Assembly: GCF_964188315.1 (NCBI RefSeq)
Contig: NC_135657.1
Coordinates: 71,300,001 to 71,364,000, forward strand
Direction: 5' to 3'
Length of the DNA stretch: 64,000 bases
Source of the DNA: Podarcis muralis
Lineage: Eukaryota
The translations under genes were made by a program, and so were the position numbers. Of the stretch, positions 33,821 to 44,786 are shown in pieces. The stretch's first letter is position 1. Each line of letters begins with the position of its first letter. Below the pieces are notes generated by a model. That model saw nothing but the letters and a program-made list of their open reading frames with translations, made no database searches and was not told the DNA's origin.

Positions 33821-34426
33821 AATGTGAGCAGGTTAATAGTCAAGAGAGCTTTACAAAACGTAAGATAAAAAAAGAGATGATCCATGACCATGGGAACCAA
33901 AATTAAGAACTGTAAATAAAGAGCTATGACTGAGGAAGTAATACCTTTGCTTTTTTAAAAAAGAAAAAAAAAGCTTTAAAAATAAAATACTAGCCATATT
34001 GTATGTACCTTTTGGACTATCTGACACCGTGTTTTGATTCCTACTATAAATTCCTGCTTTTGTAATGTAAGGTTGTCATGTTTTGCCATGTTTCACAACT
34101 ATGAAGATTTTCTTCTACATGGCTAACCCCCCCCCCCCCGCAAAGTCCTAAAAAATACTACAGGAATCTCTCTCTCCATGCAAACGTGGGCATTATTTGT
34201 TTTTCCTTTACCTTTACCTGCTTTGTTGTATTTGCTGTTGTTGTATTTCTTGTACCTACATTAATATAAATGACACAAACATTGTTGATATTTCTTAGTT
34301 TTTTCAGGGAAAATGCTACCAGTAAGTCCTGAGTAGTTTGAGGCAACCCAACGTGGTGATTTCACTATTAACCACTTTGATCTCCCATTGATTTCAATGT
34401 GAGTTAAGCACATGCTAACATCTATA

Positions 34427-35034
34427 CAGCGCTGGGGAACCTCAGCCCTCCAGGCTTCTCTGGCCCTTGGGACTCTCTATAGGCCACACCCCTCACTGCT
34501 CCACACCTTGACACCTCCCCTTTTTTGCCCAGCTGACACATGGCCTTGTACTGTGATAATGCTTCTTGATTGCTTGGGTGGGGAGATGTACAAGTAGGAA
34601 CCTCTGGCTTTTGGGTGGGTGGACTATAGCCTACCTTGCAAAGCTAAGAGCCACATGTATTGCTCCACCCACCACTGTCTTGTGGCCCCCAGAAAGTGAT
34701 CTGTTAGGGCAGGGGTCTGCAACCTTTAAGACAAAAAGAGCCACTTGGACCCGTTTCCGAAGGGGGGAAAAACTGGGAGCCGCAAAACCGGGAAGGTGAC
34801 GTCGGGATGGTGCGTGACTAATGCACGCACCGCCCCCATGCGACGTCACAGCCAGTACAGCGCCCGCCACAGTGGGGAGTGTAAGGGCGCACAATGCACC
34901 TCCTCCCCTCGCTAGTATCTGCCCCGGAGCCGCGGCAAAGGTGTAAAAGAGCCACATGCGGCTCCGGAGCCGCGGGTTGCAGACCCCTGTGTTAGGGAAT
35001 GCAGCCATCAAGCCTTAAAAAGCTCTCTACCTCA
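34427..35034. mobile_element. Older hAT-type element interrupted by a younger MITE
   Basis: CAGCGCTGGGGAACC left end; the sequence resumes after the insert with AATGCAGCC...AAAAAGCTCTCTACC. Confidence 0.55.
34710..34989. mobile_element. Young hAT MITE
   Basis: Perfect 15-bp TIRs CAGGGGTCTGCAACC / GGTTGCAGACCCCTG; perfect 8-bp TSD TGTTAGGG; CpG-rich interior. Confidence 0.96.
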
Positions 35035-35369
35035 GAGCTATTTGCCCTACATGCATAATTTTATTAAAGTTTACTCTAACTGTGATACAGACATACTAAG
35101 AAGCACAGTATCTTTATATGTCTTTCCACAGCTCGGGGCTATTTGCCTCTCTCAGTATTTTCCTAATATCTCAACTTTCTATAGTTCCAGCTATATTTCA
35201 GATATTAGGGCCTCGATTTCCTTTCATCTATAAATTATTTCCTGAATCCTTGTAAAAAAATTAGCCATGTCCATTGTCAGTTTCATAGTACTTAATTTTG
35301 GCTCTTAGAAGTGTGATCTGATCCTCAAGATATGAAATACAAATCTGTAGTGTAAATTATGAGCCAGCT

Positions 35370-35445
35370 AGACACTGAGAAATAATTGTGGCACCATAAA
35401 GGCTAACAAATTTATCATGGCATAGGCTTTTGTGGAAACATATAG
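35370..35445 (-). mobile_element. Penelope-like pLTR remnant
   Basis: Reverse complement CCACAAAAGCCTATGCCATGATAAATTTGTTAGCCTTTATGGTGCCACA matches 29745-29795. Confidence 0.65.
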
Positions 35446-36398
35446 ATGACATTATTAAGAGCAGAAATTAAGCGCAATTTGGAATAGTTTTTCTCTATAC
35501 TATTAAGTTTTACTAGGCAATTGCTCAATTTTGGCAACCTTACTACAGACCTGCCAAACATTATTGAAATCAACTCCAGTAAGTTAACTGACTTTCCAAT
35601 TTAGTTAGCAGTAAACAAAACTAAAGCCAACAAAAAACAAATTCTGAGCATCGCTCCTTTGCATATGTTAATTTATTACAATGTACACAAACTCAGAATG
35701 ATCCACTACCAGCCACTGATGCTCATTAAATAACCGGTATGAGGTGCAGGCCAGCCAATAAACTGAAGCTGCATCCTGATGAGACAAAGATATTCATGGC
35801 CTGTTAATTAGGAAATAGGTAAGCAATGGAGTCCCAATAGGATCGCCCTCCCTCTGAAGGCATGGGCTCACATCTTGGCCTGGTATCACAGCTTCAGAAA
35901 GTGGGTAAATACAACATAAAGATCTGGCCTTTGCCATTCATACCCTGGAAAATTCTAATTAGATTACTCTGATGAACTCTATGTGAGGCTGCTTCTGTTA
36001 ACTTAAATTCACAGGAAAGTTCAGCTAAGGGAAATATTATCTTTCCAGTAAGTAATGAGCTAAACATAACAACCAGAAGAGCTTCCAGTCCTGTTTTTTT
36101 ATCTCACTAACTTCCTTCTAGCCCTGAAAAACCTAACCATGAGACTCAATGTATCTTCTGTGCTGAACTGATAAGCATCTGTCTGTAATACAGTTGCAGG
36201 AGCTAATAAGGGCTGCACTTGTGACTCTTCCTTAAGCACATGACTCCACGGTATCTCTAAGGCCACATCACCCTATCTTCAGGGTAGCTTTCCTTCTCTC
36301 TTCAGGGGGAAAAAGAGGAAATGCTCTTTAGCAGCAACTTTTGGGAAATACAGTATGCTCTAAGCCTATTTCCCACACTAGCAATTCTGAGGCTAGTG

Positions 36399-36482
36399 CA
36401 TGGGTGTAGCCAGGATTTTTGGTTGGGGGGGGGCAGAACCTCAGTTAGCTATGTATTTTTATTTACGGGGGGGGGGGCCATG
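36399..36482. mobile_element. Truncated hAT-type MITE (family of 5325-5453)
   Basis: CATGGGTGTAGCCAGGATTT...CCTCAGTTAG..ATGTATTTTTATT shared with the 5325 copy. Confidence 0.65.
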
Positions 36483-36754
36483 AGCTAGTGGCAGTCCTGC
36501 CCATCTGGAGGCCCCAATCTTAAAGACTACAAACAAACCTGTTCCCTTGCTAGCCAGGGGGAGCTGGCAGTTTCTGTTCAACTGCTTTCAAAACCAAACA
36601 GGGTTTTTTTGTTTTCTGCTGTGTGAGGCCTCAGAATCCAGAACTGCTTAGAAACATAACAAAATTAAGACATACTCAAAGTAGATGCACTAAAGCAATA
36701 GGCCTACTCTGAGTTTATCTAACTTTGGGTGCTTATCCAATGTGCCTAAAATTA

Positions 36755-36880
36755 AGTGTGTGGAACCTGTGGTCCTCCAGATGCTGCTAAAATACAACTC
36801 CCATCAGTCCCAGTGAGCATGGCAAGTGACTATGGATGATGAGAGTTATAGTCCAGTAACAACTGGAGATGTACGAAGAT
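36755..36880. mobile_element. hAT-type MITE remnant
   Basis: GGAACCTGTGGTCCTCCAGATG...TACAACTCCCATCAG...GAGAGTTATAGTCC. Confidence 0.65.
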
Positions 36881-38720
36881 TAACTATCAACAGCACAGTC
36901 CTTGCCTGTAGTAATGAGGAGGAGAGGAGACAGAAAGACCTAAGCAAAATCCAGGCAAAAACTCTTCATAAAATTGTATCTTTTTTATATATAAAAAAAT
37001 AGACCAGCTGGAAATGACCACCGATGAGTCCTGTAAGAGGAAGAGCCAAATGGCAGCTAGTTTCTCAGCTGAGATGATAGTGTGCGCAGCACTCTTCCAC
37101 CTGTCCCTCTGCTGCAGCCAGGTGGAAAGGATGCTAATGGATGGCAGTTGCAGGAGAAGGAACCAAATGGCAGTTGGTCCCAGCTGAGTGGGTGGAGTGG
37201 GCTGTCTGTTTCACGTCCCCCTTCTCTGGATGAAGCTACATACATTTGGAGGACAGGAGAAAATATCCATCAACTGTGCCTGCAGGTGAAGGCTATTTCT
37301 TGTGCTCTTCCTACCACAGGCTTCATCAATCCCAGTCATGGCCGGCCCAATCAAGTCTTAGAAACAGGACAACAATTCCTGACAAAACACCATTAGGTGA
37401 CACTCCGGTTATAATGCCTGGCGTTTCTCTAAAATGTGAAGGCACACGGCTGGTTACAGCTATTGAAAATGTGGAGAAATGCGCCCAGTGTGAACAATAT
37501 CTCCAATGCAAAGGAGAAAATAAATAAAGGCCGTCCCCTTCCCATGGATACAGACAGAAATATCCGTGAGTTATGACTTCTGTCCAGGTCAGTTGATCCA
37601 AAGCAGAAGAAAATACTTTTATCAGGCACAGCATGAGCCAATTATCTGCTGAGTAAAGTACACTCTCTGTAAATGGGGCCAAACAAAAGATGGTGATGAC
37701 AGAACAGGGACTCTAGAAATGGCCTGAGTTAGATTAGATAGCACCATGGATGAACAGGGCATTTTAATTGCATAATACAGAAAGGGAGCACCAAGGAGCA
37801 GTCAGTGCCAAACAGCTTACAGCCACTGAATGGAAGGAAAAGGAGAGGGGTAAAAGGAGACGCCAGTTTAGAAGGTTGTTTGGTTAAGCCAGGCGTATTC
37901 TGTTGGTTTATCGCAGCCACAGCCTTGGCTGAGCAAGATCAATCTGGGCATGCGGAGTCTGGCCTTGAAAGCCTTTTTTTCAATGGAGTTGTGAATACAC
38001 AGCACAGCTGGTTGAGCAAAAAAGCTGTCTCCTCTTTTGTTACTAACATAGATATGATACAAACAACCCCATACAAAGTGGTAACTTACCACAGTGCACA
38101 TGTAACCACATGGGAAGCTGGCTGCCAAACAACTCAGGTTCCACTTGATGTGTGGTAAAATTCTCCTGACTACTTGGCAGGAGACCTGTGGGTATAGGGC
38201 TGTATATAAATTAAATCAATTAATAATAATATTCTGGTTCTGTGAATGTAGGGGGAGTGGCACACACACACATGGCCGAGTGTGCTAGCTCTGTTCCCCA
38301 CTGCTATTTTCATCCTTCTCCATGAGTTGGAGGGTGACCACTTGAACAGCAGGAAGCCTCCTAAGCTAGAGGCTCTCAATCTTAAACATATTCTAGCTTG
38401 TGTGTGCCTGGTGAGCTAATGGCGTCCAGGCCTTCCTTGATATTCTATGCTGCTTTATCTCCATCCAGCCAATCCTCACTGCTTCTCCTTTCATCACCCA
38501 AACTGCCATTTCTACATCTGCTCTTTATTCATTTTCTCCCCACTCATACCCCAGATTTCCATTCTAGCAAGGCCACAAACACTTCACCCCCAACCAAGAT
38601 CCACTATCTTCACATATTTGCCCCCAGGAAAATCAAAAATATTAATATCTGGCCCCTTTCATGTACATAATGCACAATTATTATTTTAAAATGGCACAAT
38701 TTCTATGACTACTTCACTGG

Positions 38721-38726
<6 letters not shown>

Positions 38727-38768
<42 letters not shown>

Positions 38769-38787
38769 TACTATTATTATTATTATT
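38727..38787. repeat. (AAT)n followed by (TAT)n microsatellite
   Basis: Directly visible. Confidence 0.93.
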
Positions 38788-39439
38788 TTCTATCCCTCCC
38801 AAAGGAGCTTTTGATAACAAAAAACAGACCAGCAAAAACTGCTCAACTTTAAAAAACTTTTAAAAATGAAACAAAACACACATTTAAAAACAAAAAAATA
38901 TCTCGCAGCTAGGATTACACAGCTAGGATTGAAGTTTAGGGGCAAAGATCAACAATTCAAAGCAAAAGGCCTTTAGACAGTATTTATATCCATTCTGCAG
39001 AATTGGTACTGTAAGGGACTGCAATAAAGCACAACCTTTTCAAATGAGGGCTAGCCCTTAAACTGCAAGACATTTGCTAAAAGTAAAAAGAACTGTCAAT
39101 CCTTGCTGTCTCAATGCACCGTAATGAACTTCTGAGCCAGTGACCCGATTTTGGGGTGTGTGTGTGTGTGTTGTGGGAAGAGGCCAACAAGAATCCACCA
39201 GTCCCTCACACTCTCACACACTGATCTTCTTTGTGCTTATGCAGAAAGTATTGTGACAGGGCTTCTCGTTTAACTCAGCAGCGGTCTTTAATTTTTTGTT
39301 TTTTTGATTGAGACAGCTTAAATGTTTGCGTGTGTGTTTTTAAAGTTGTCTCAGTTTTTCGTTTCCTTTCCTACTGAGAAAAAAAAGATTAGTTCAGTGC
39401 TGCCGCTGCCGATCTCTGCAGCTCTGCCTCTGCTGTCCT

Positions 39440-39660
39440 GTTTGTTGCATAGGAGCCTAGTGTAGAGACTTTATAGAGCTGGCATCGTGCCAGATTAAAC
39501 AAAGCTGGATTCAGGAATGAGAACAACGAGTCAATTCCACATTGCTATACTGACCTATATCCACTCCCTGTCAGCTGAGCCAAGCTAAAAGCTGTTGGCC
39601 AATGAGGCAAGGGGGAGGGGACCCATAAAAGCCTATGGGAAAGCTGACAACACAGCTCCC
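39440..39660. promoter_or_regulatory. Candidate divergent core promoter
   Basis: TATAAA on - strand (39470-39475), GGAATG (39514-39519), CCAAT (39599-39603), GGGGGAGGGG (39611-39620) and CATAAAA on + strand (39624-39630), within a repeat-free segment. Motif evidence only. Confidence 0.45.
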
Positions 39661-41569
39661 GTTCAGGTTTGCTTTCTATACTGTTAAGGGGTGATGGTAG
39701 AGGTAGATGGAGCAGCAAGAACAAAAGGAGGCTGGCTGAAGCCTCCAGGAGTACAAAAAGAAATTCTGGGCATTCAGGAAGCTAGCCCTGAACCAGCCTG
39801 CAAAGTCATCCAAGAGGATTTTTAGGAACAGGAAGAAACAGCACCCGTATAAAATGCACAGAAGCAAGAAAGGCAACTAGTGTAGAGTTTTGCCTTGCAT
39901 TGTGAGTCAGTTCTGTTGAGAATAAATACAAGAAATAGCCCAAGAGAGTTATTTTCGTTTTGTCTAGGTTTTGACAAAGTTAGAGAACCCAAAGTGGGTG
40001 CCTTTTCAGGGTAGCCTCCAAGCACATCGACTCTGACGACTGTTTGAAGATCAGCACAGAGATAAAGCAGCGCATTGCTTTAATTTAGCTGCTAGGGTTT
40101 ACATTAAGAATTTGTTGACAGGGTACAATCTCTTATAACTGCTTTTCTGCAAGCCGTTACATTTGTTGATGGCTTGTTTTGAGTGCATGAGCTTTGACTA
40201 AGGGCTATCTCAGTCCCATGGAGATAATGTCTACTCCTTTAAAGTGTTTCAAAAAGCAGTAAAAGATGCAGACACTACATCACCCCCCTTGTTCTCCACT
40301 GCACCCTGTGCACAACCCATTTTTCGTACCTGCTGCAGCAACAGGACTTTTGTTTTCCACCTGGCAACCATAGCTCTGATATAAGTGGTTAGCTACTTCC
40401 ATTCTTGCACTTTAACAATGGTTATTTACATTAAGTGATATAGAAACTACAGTTTCTATATGCCTTTAGGAATTAAAACATCTAATTCCTTATCAGTTGG
40501 GGAGGTGGTTACAGTGGCTTGTTTCTGTTTTACTCCTCCTCTGGCTTTTTAGGTCAGTGTGGGATGGCAGCTAAGCCAAGTATTGCCTTAGAACAGTGGC
40601 TTAGAATGTTATCTGAACCTGAGACTGTGATTAATATCGCTCCTCCTTAACCATGATCTATAACCATAAGAAACCAGTATGTTTTAATATTTATGCTAAG
40701 CTATGTAAATGTGTAATTCTGTGCAAATGTGAGCAGTATGTCTGGAAAGCTGGAAAACTCTTGTGCAACAACAAGACCACTTGAGAAAATAATTACAACA
40801 TAAACAACCCACATTTCTTCTGATGTATTTATCTTATCACATTCCCATGCCTATTTTTCATTATGCACCTATCTAATGCCTTGCCTGCCACAGACACATT
40901 TAGAAAAATAACCTCCTCTAAATGTTAAGGATGTCATTTCATGATTAAGTTTCAAGAATGGGAGTCATGTTATTGACTGGTTGTTATCCCCTTAGGCCTT
41001 TGGGATTATTGTTTTCACTGACCATTATCAGTTCTCTCACGGGAACTGGGCTGCTTAAGTGGCTTCCCAGATGAGCCTCTCAAATCCACAAGAAATGGTG
41101 AATTTGGCTCAGAGGCCCCAGCTGCACCACACAAATCACAGTCACAGCATATGCATTCCTTTTCATGGCTGACACTGACAAAAATGAAATGAAATTAAAA
41201 GCGTGATAAGCCTTTTATAGAACCACCCATGTCATTTTTAAAAAACAAAAAGAATTATAATCAAAATAAAAGATTTAAAAAATGAAGAGGTAGAATATTC
41301 CTCATCCACTGTAAATCCAAACATGAACCTACATAATAACACATCCTTTTGGGAAACTGGGGTGACCCGTGTTCATGTGTATGTGTGTGTGAGTGAGTGA
41401 GTGAGAGAGAGAAATGTACAACTGTGTCCTGTACATATATAGCATGGATTTATGCTCACCTCATAGTCATAGGTGACTAGGAAGTACATGTAGGCAAATT
41501 AATGGGCTGGGGGAGGAATTTCTCAATTTTTCTGACTATCTAACTTGGATTTCCGTGCTGGCTGTGACT

Positions 41570-41922
41570 AGGGATGTAAGAAAACAGGAATTTCCACCGG
41601 ACCCTGCATTCACCGCAATCAGCTCTGTTTCTGTTCTGCTACAGTTTGACTTCCATTGAAATCTATGTTATTTATCTTGCCATTTACTATGGTTCAAAAT
41701 AACATAAATAATTACATAATTTCAATGCATGTCAATGGAAGGGAAACAAAAATGCAGAAAATAATGTAATTATTTACAGAATATTTGCAGAAAGAAAAAA
41801 CAAGGATAGCAAATATTATCTGTGTTTACTTGCATGATTTCTGTTCCTAACCTTGGGTGAACATATGAATTGCAGCTATTTCTGCTCGTTTCAATTTCTG
41901 ATGGAATTCTCCAACATTACTA
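41570..41922. mobile_element. Decayed non-autonomous DNA element with TAGGGATG...CAT(C/T)(C/A)CTA ends
   Basis: Left TAGGGATGTAAGAAAA, right GAATTCTCCAACATTACTA; AT-rich interior. Confidence 0.45.
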
Positions 41923-43286
41923 AGTGTGACGTAAGGGGTGCAGATCCATCAACTCTCTTCCTCCTCTGTCAGCCTGTTTAGTAGTAGAAGGCTGTCCCCC
42001 TCTTACTAGCCTGCTAGGAGTCTAGTATCTTGTATTTCCATCTTAGTCATAGAGACAGAGGGGCTCTTCTTTTGTTTATTCAGAATTGAAGCACAAGCTA
42101 CTTCTTAGCAGGTTAGTAACTTTATGTACAAGGCTGAATTAAAAACAAAGAGGCAAATACATTTTATTGTTTAGAGATTGTGTGTGTGTGTGCAAGTATT
42201 TTCAAGTGAGAATAATTCTGTCTACCTTCCCCAAACCATTTATGCCAGCCTATATAGTTTCCAGAATGACAGACGAGGACAGGTTCACAAACCTGGTTCA
42301 CATTTCCACATAACCATGGAGCTTACTGAGTAACTTTAGGCCTATCACTCTGTCAGCCTAAGCTGCCTCACAAGGTTGTTGTGAGGATTAAATGGGAGGG
42401 AGAAAAGCATGTCTGAGCTTCTTGCCAGAGAAATGGGATTACAAAAAAGTCATAAAATTAGAATGCCTCACTTCCATTTTGCCTGTGAAAAGGGGTCTCT
42501 AAACAGTTAGTAAATCGCAGCATTTACACATTATTGTAAACTGTTCCACACACACAAAAATGATCCATGAAGGAGAGGTGAGGTCACCTTTTTCATTTAG
42601 GATTTATGACAATATTGTTTCCTTCTTCCTTCACTGCAGCACAGCTACAGCCATTTAATTAAAGCTTAAATGAGCGAATTCATTTCAATATTTATTGCTG
42701 AAGTTCATGATATTATTTTTAGATGAGGAACTGTGATGATCGAAAGCCAAGCTTGGACAAAAATATAAAGTGCAGCTTCCTGAATTTCTGACCGAAACAT
42801 GAACTTCTAGCAGAGCTTTCTAAGAGGCTGGTGCTACAGTTCCTGCTGTACTGGTGGGCCGCTAGGGCTGGGCTAATGCTGGCACAGCACAGTTTTGATT
42901 CTATGCTATGCCAGACAAAATACTTTCAGTAGAGACACGCACTGTGTTCCCTTACTGAGACCTATGTAGTTTTAGTCCTGGGCTTCAGCTGTGTGCTGAG
43001 TTTGTTGGAATCTGATCCCCTGGTGTGGATGTGAGGATGGAAGGCCGTTGCCCTGGGCTATCCGTTGACTCCAGCGGGGCTGTTTTTACTCACGTCACCT
43101 TGAGTCAGAGCAGAACCAACACCTGAGCAAGCACAGGATCTGGACTAATCCCCGCTTCTCCCTGCCATGACCCTAATCTACTCACATTTTCCCATTGCAT
43201 GGGCATCAGGGTTCCAAAGAAGAAAGCCTTTGTGTGTGTAGAGACAAAACACAACAGCCAACTCTTCTGCTACTTCTGTAGTATTT

Positions 43287-43288
<2 letters not shown>

Positions 43289-43325
<37 letters not shown>

Positions 43326-43340
43326 TGTGTGCGCTCGCGC
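43289..43340. repeat. (GT)n microsatellite ending in GCGCTCGCGC
   Basis: Directly visible alternating purine-pyrimidine tract. Confidence 0.93.
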
Positions 43341-43952
43341 TATGGATCTGCTGGAGATGGAAGGACTAAATAGAAAAGCACAGAAATTCAAGAGCCACAT
43401 GAATGAGAAGTATCCTGTTACCAGCACATCACAGTTGCACGTTTGCTTGCAAATCACAGTGCTCTGTGTTGAGCACTGTAGATAATACTGTAGGGTTATC
43501 AGATTACCAATGTCAATGCATGCAAGAATATCTATTTTAGATTATATGGTGGTTTCAGTGTTGAGGAATTCATTGTGGTGAATAGTTTCAGGCTTATTTT
43601 CACAAGATATTCTTAGGTCTGCATGTCTTAAAATACAAACCAGTGCTGCTGTCCCCCACAGTCACCACAGCTATTTATACCAAGAGCTAACTTCTCTTAA
43701 TTTCTGTACCAACTTCCTCATTCTGCCTCTGTAGAATGCACAGTGAATATGCAACAAAGGCATTTTCATTGTCCAGGAAAGTCTACTACGAGAGTGATTT
43801 CCAAAGGTTAGTTGGTTGCTTTGAAAATGTGGGTTTTTTTAAAGCGTTTTTAAAATACACTGAATTTTCCATAAGGCTCACAATTACCACCTAGTGTCAC
43901 ATTGTATATTGCACACTTAAAACCTTTTATTTGCAGCTGTATAGCTGTCCCA

Positions 43953-44330
43953 GGGATGCGGGTAGAGCTGTGGTTTAAATCACTGTGCTGCTTGGACTTG
44001 CCGATCGGAAGGTCAGCGGTTTGAAGCACTGCAACAGGGCGAGCTCCCACTGTTCAGTCCCAGTTCCTGCCAACCTAGCAGTTCAAAAGCACACCAGTGC
44101 AAGTAGATAAATAGATACCGCTCCAGCGGGAAGGTAAACGGCATTTCCATGCGCTGCTCTGGCTTTGCCAGAAGCGGCTTAGTCATGCTGGCCACATGAC
44201 CCGGAAAAATTGTCTGTGGAAGCAGACATACGTCAGCTCCCTCAACCTGTAAAGCGAGATGAGTGCCGCAACCCCTGAGTCATTCGCGACTGGACTTAAC
44301 TGTCAGGGGTCCCTTTACTCTTTACCTTTA
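43953..44330 (+). mobile_element. Sauria SINE, full length
   Basis: Same head, core and tail as the 20328 copy; ends CCCTTTACTCTTTACCTTTA. Confidence 0.93.
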
Positions 44331-44650
44331 GCTGAGTCCCATGTTGCTGGCAGTGATTGGGGAGGCCAGTGTGGGCCAAGGGACAGCAGGAAAAAGTGAC
44401 ATCAGAGTTGAATCCAAAGCGACTATTGAATATCTTTTATATGACATAAAGGAGAATGCATCTTAAAATGGGACTTGCCATGTGAAATTTGTATAAGCAC
44501 CAGTGTTAAAAACAATGGGTTGTAATCAACTGTTCCATGAGCACAAGACAGTTTATGTAGCTAGCTGATCTTTCTCTTCTCCTCCTTCTCTGCTGCCCTC
44601 AACTCTCTCCAGGTGGAGGTGGGGCAGCTCCTGAGCTGTGTGGGCTACAG

Positions 44651-44786
44651 CAGTGTTCCCCAACCTTGGGCCTCCAGCTGTTTTTGGACTACAATTCCCA
44701 TCATCCTTGACCACTGGTCTTGCTAGCGAGGCATGATGGGAGTTGTAGTCCAAAAACAGCTGGAGGCCCAAGGTTGGGGAACACTG
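44651..44786. mobile_element. Young 136-bp palindromic hAT MITE
   Basis: CAGTGTTCCCCAACCTTGGGCCTCCAGCTGTTTTTGGACTACAA and its reverse complement at the other end; perfect 8-bp TSD GGCTACAG. Confidence 0.97.

Noticed and set aside
37021-37046. Hammerhead-like string CCGATGAGTCC-TGTAAGA-GGAAGAG
   Set aside because: Both catalytic boxes deviate (CCGATGA; no GAAA), and no stems I/III or cleavage triplet could be built.
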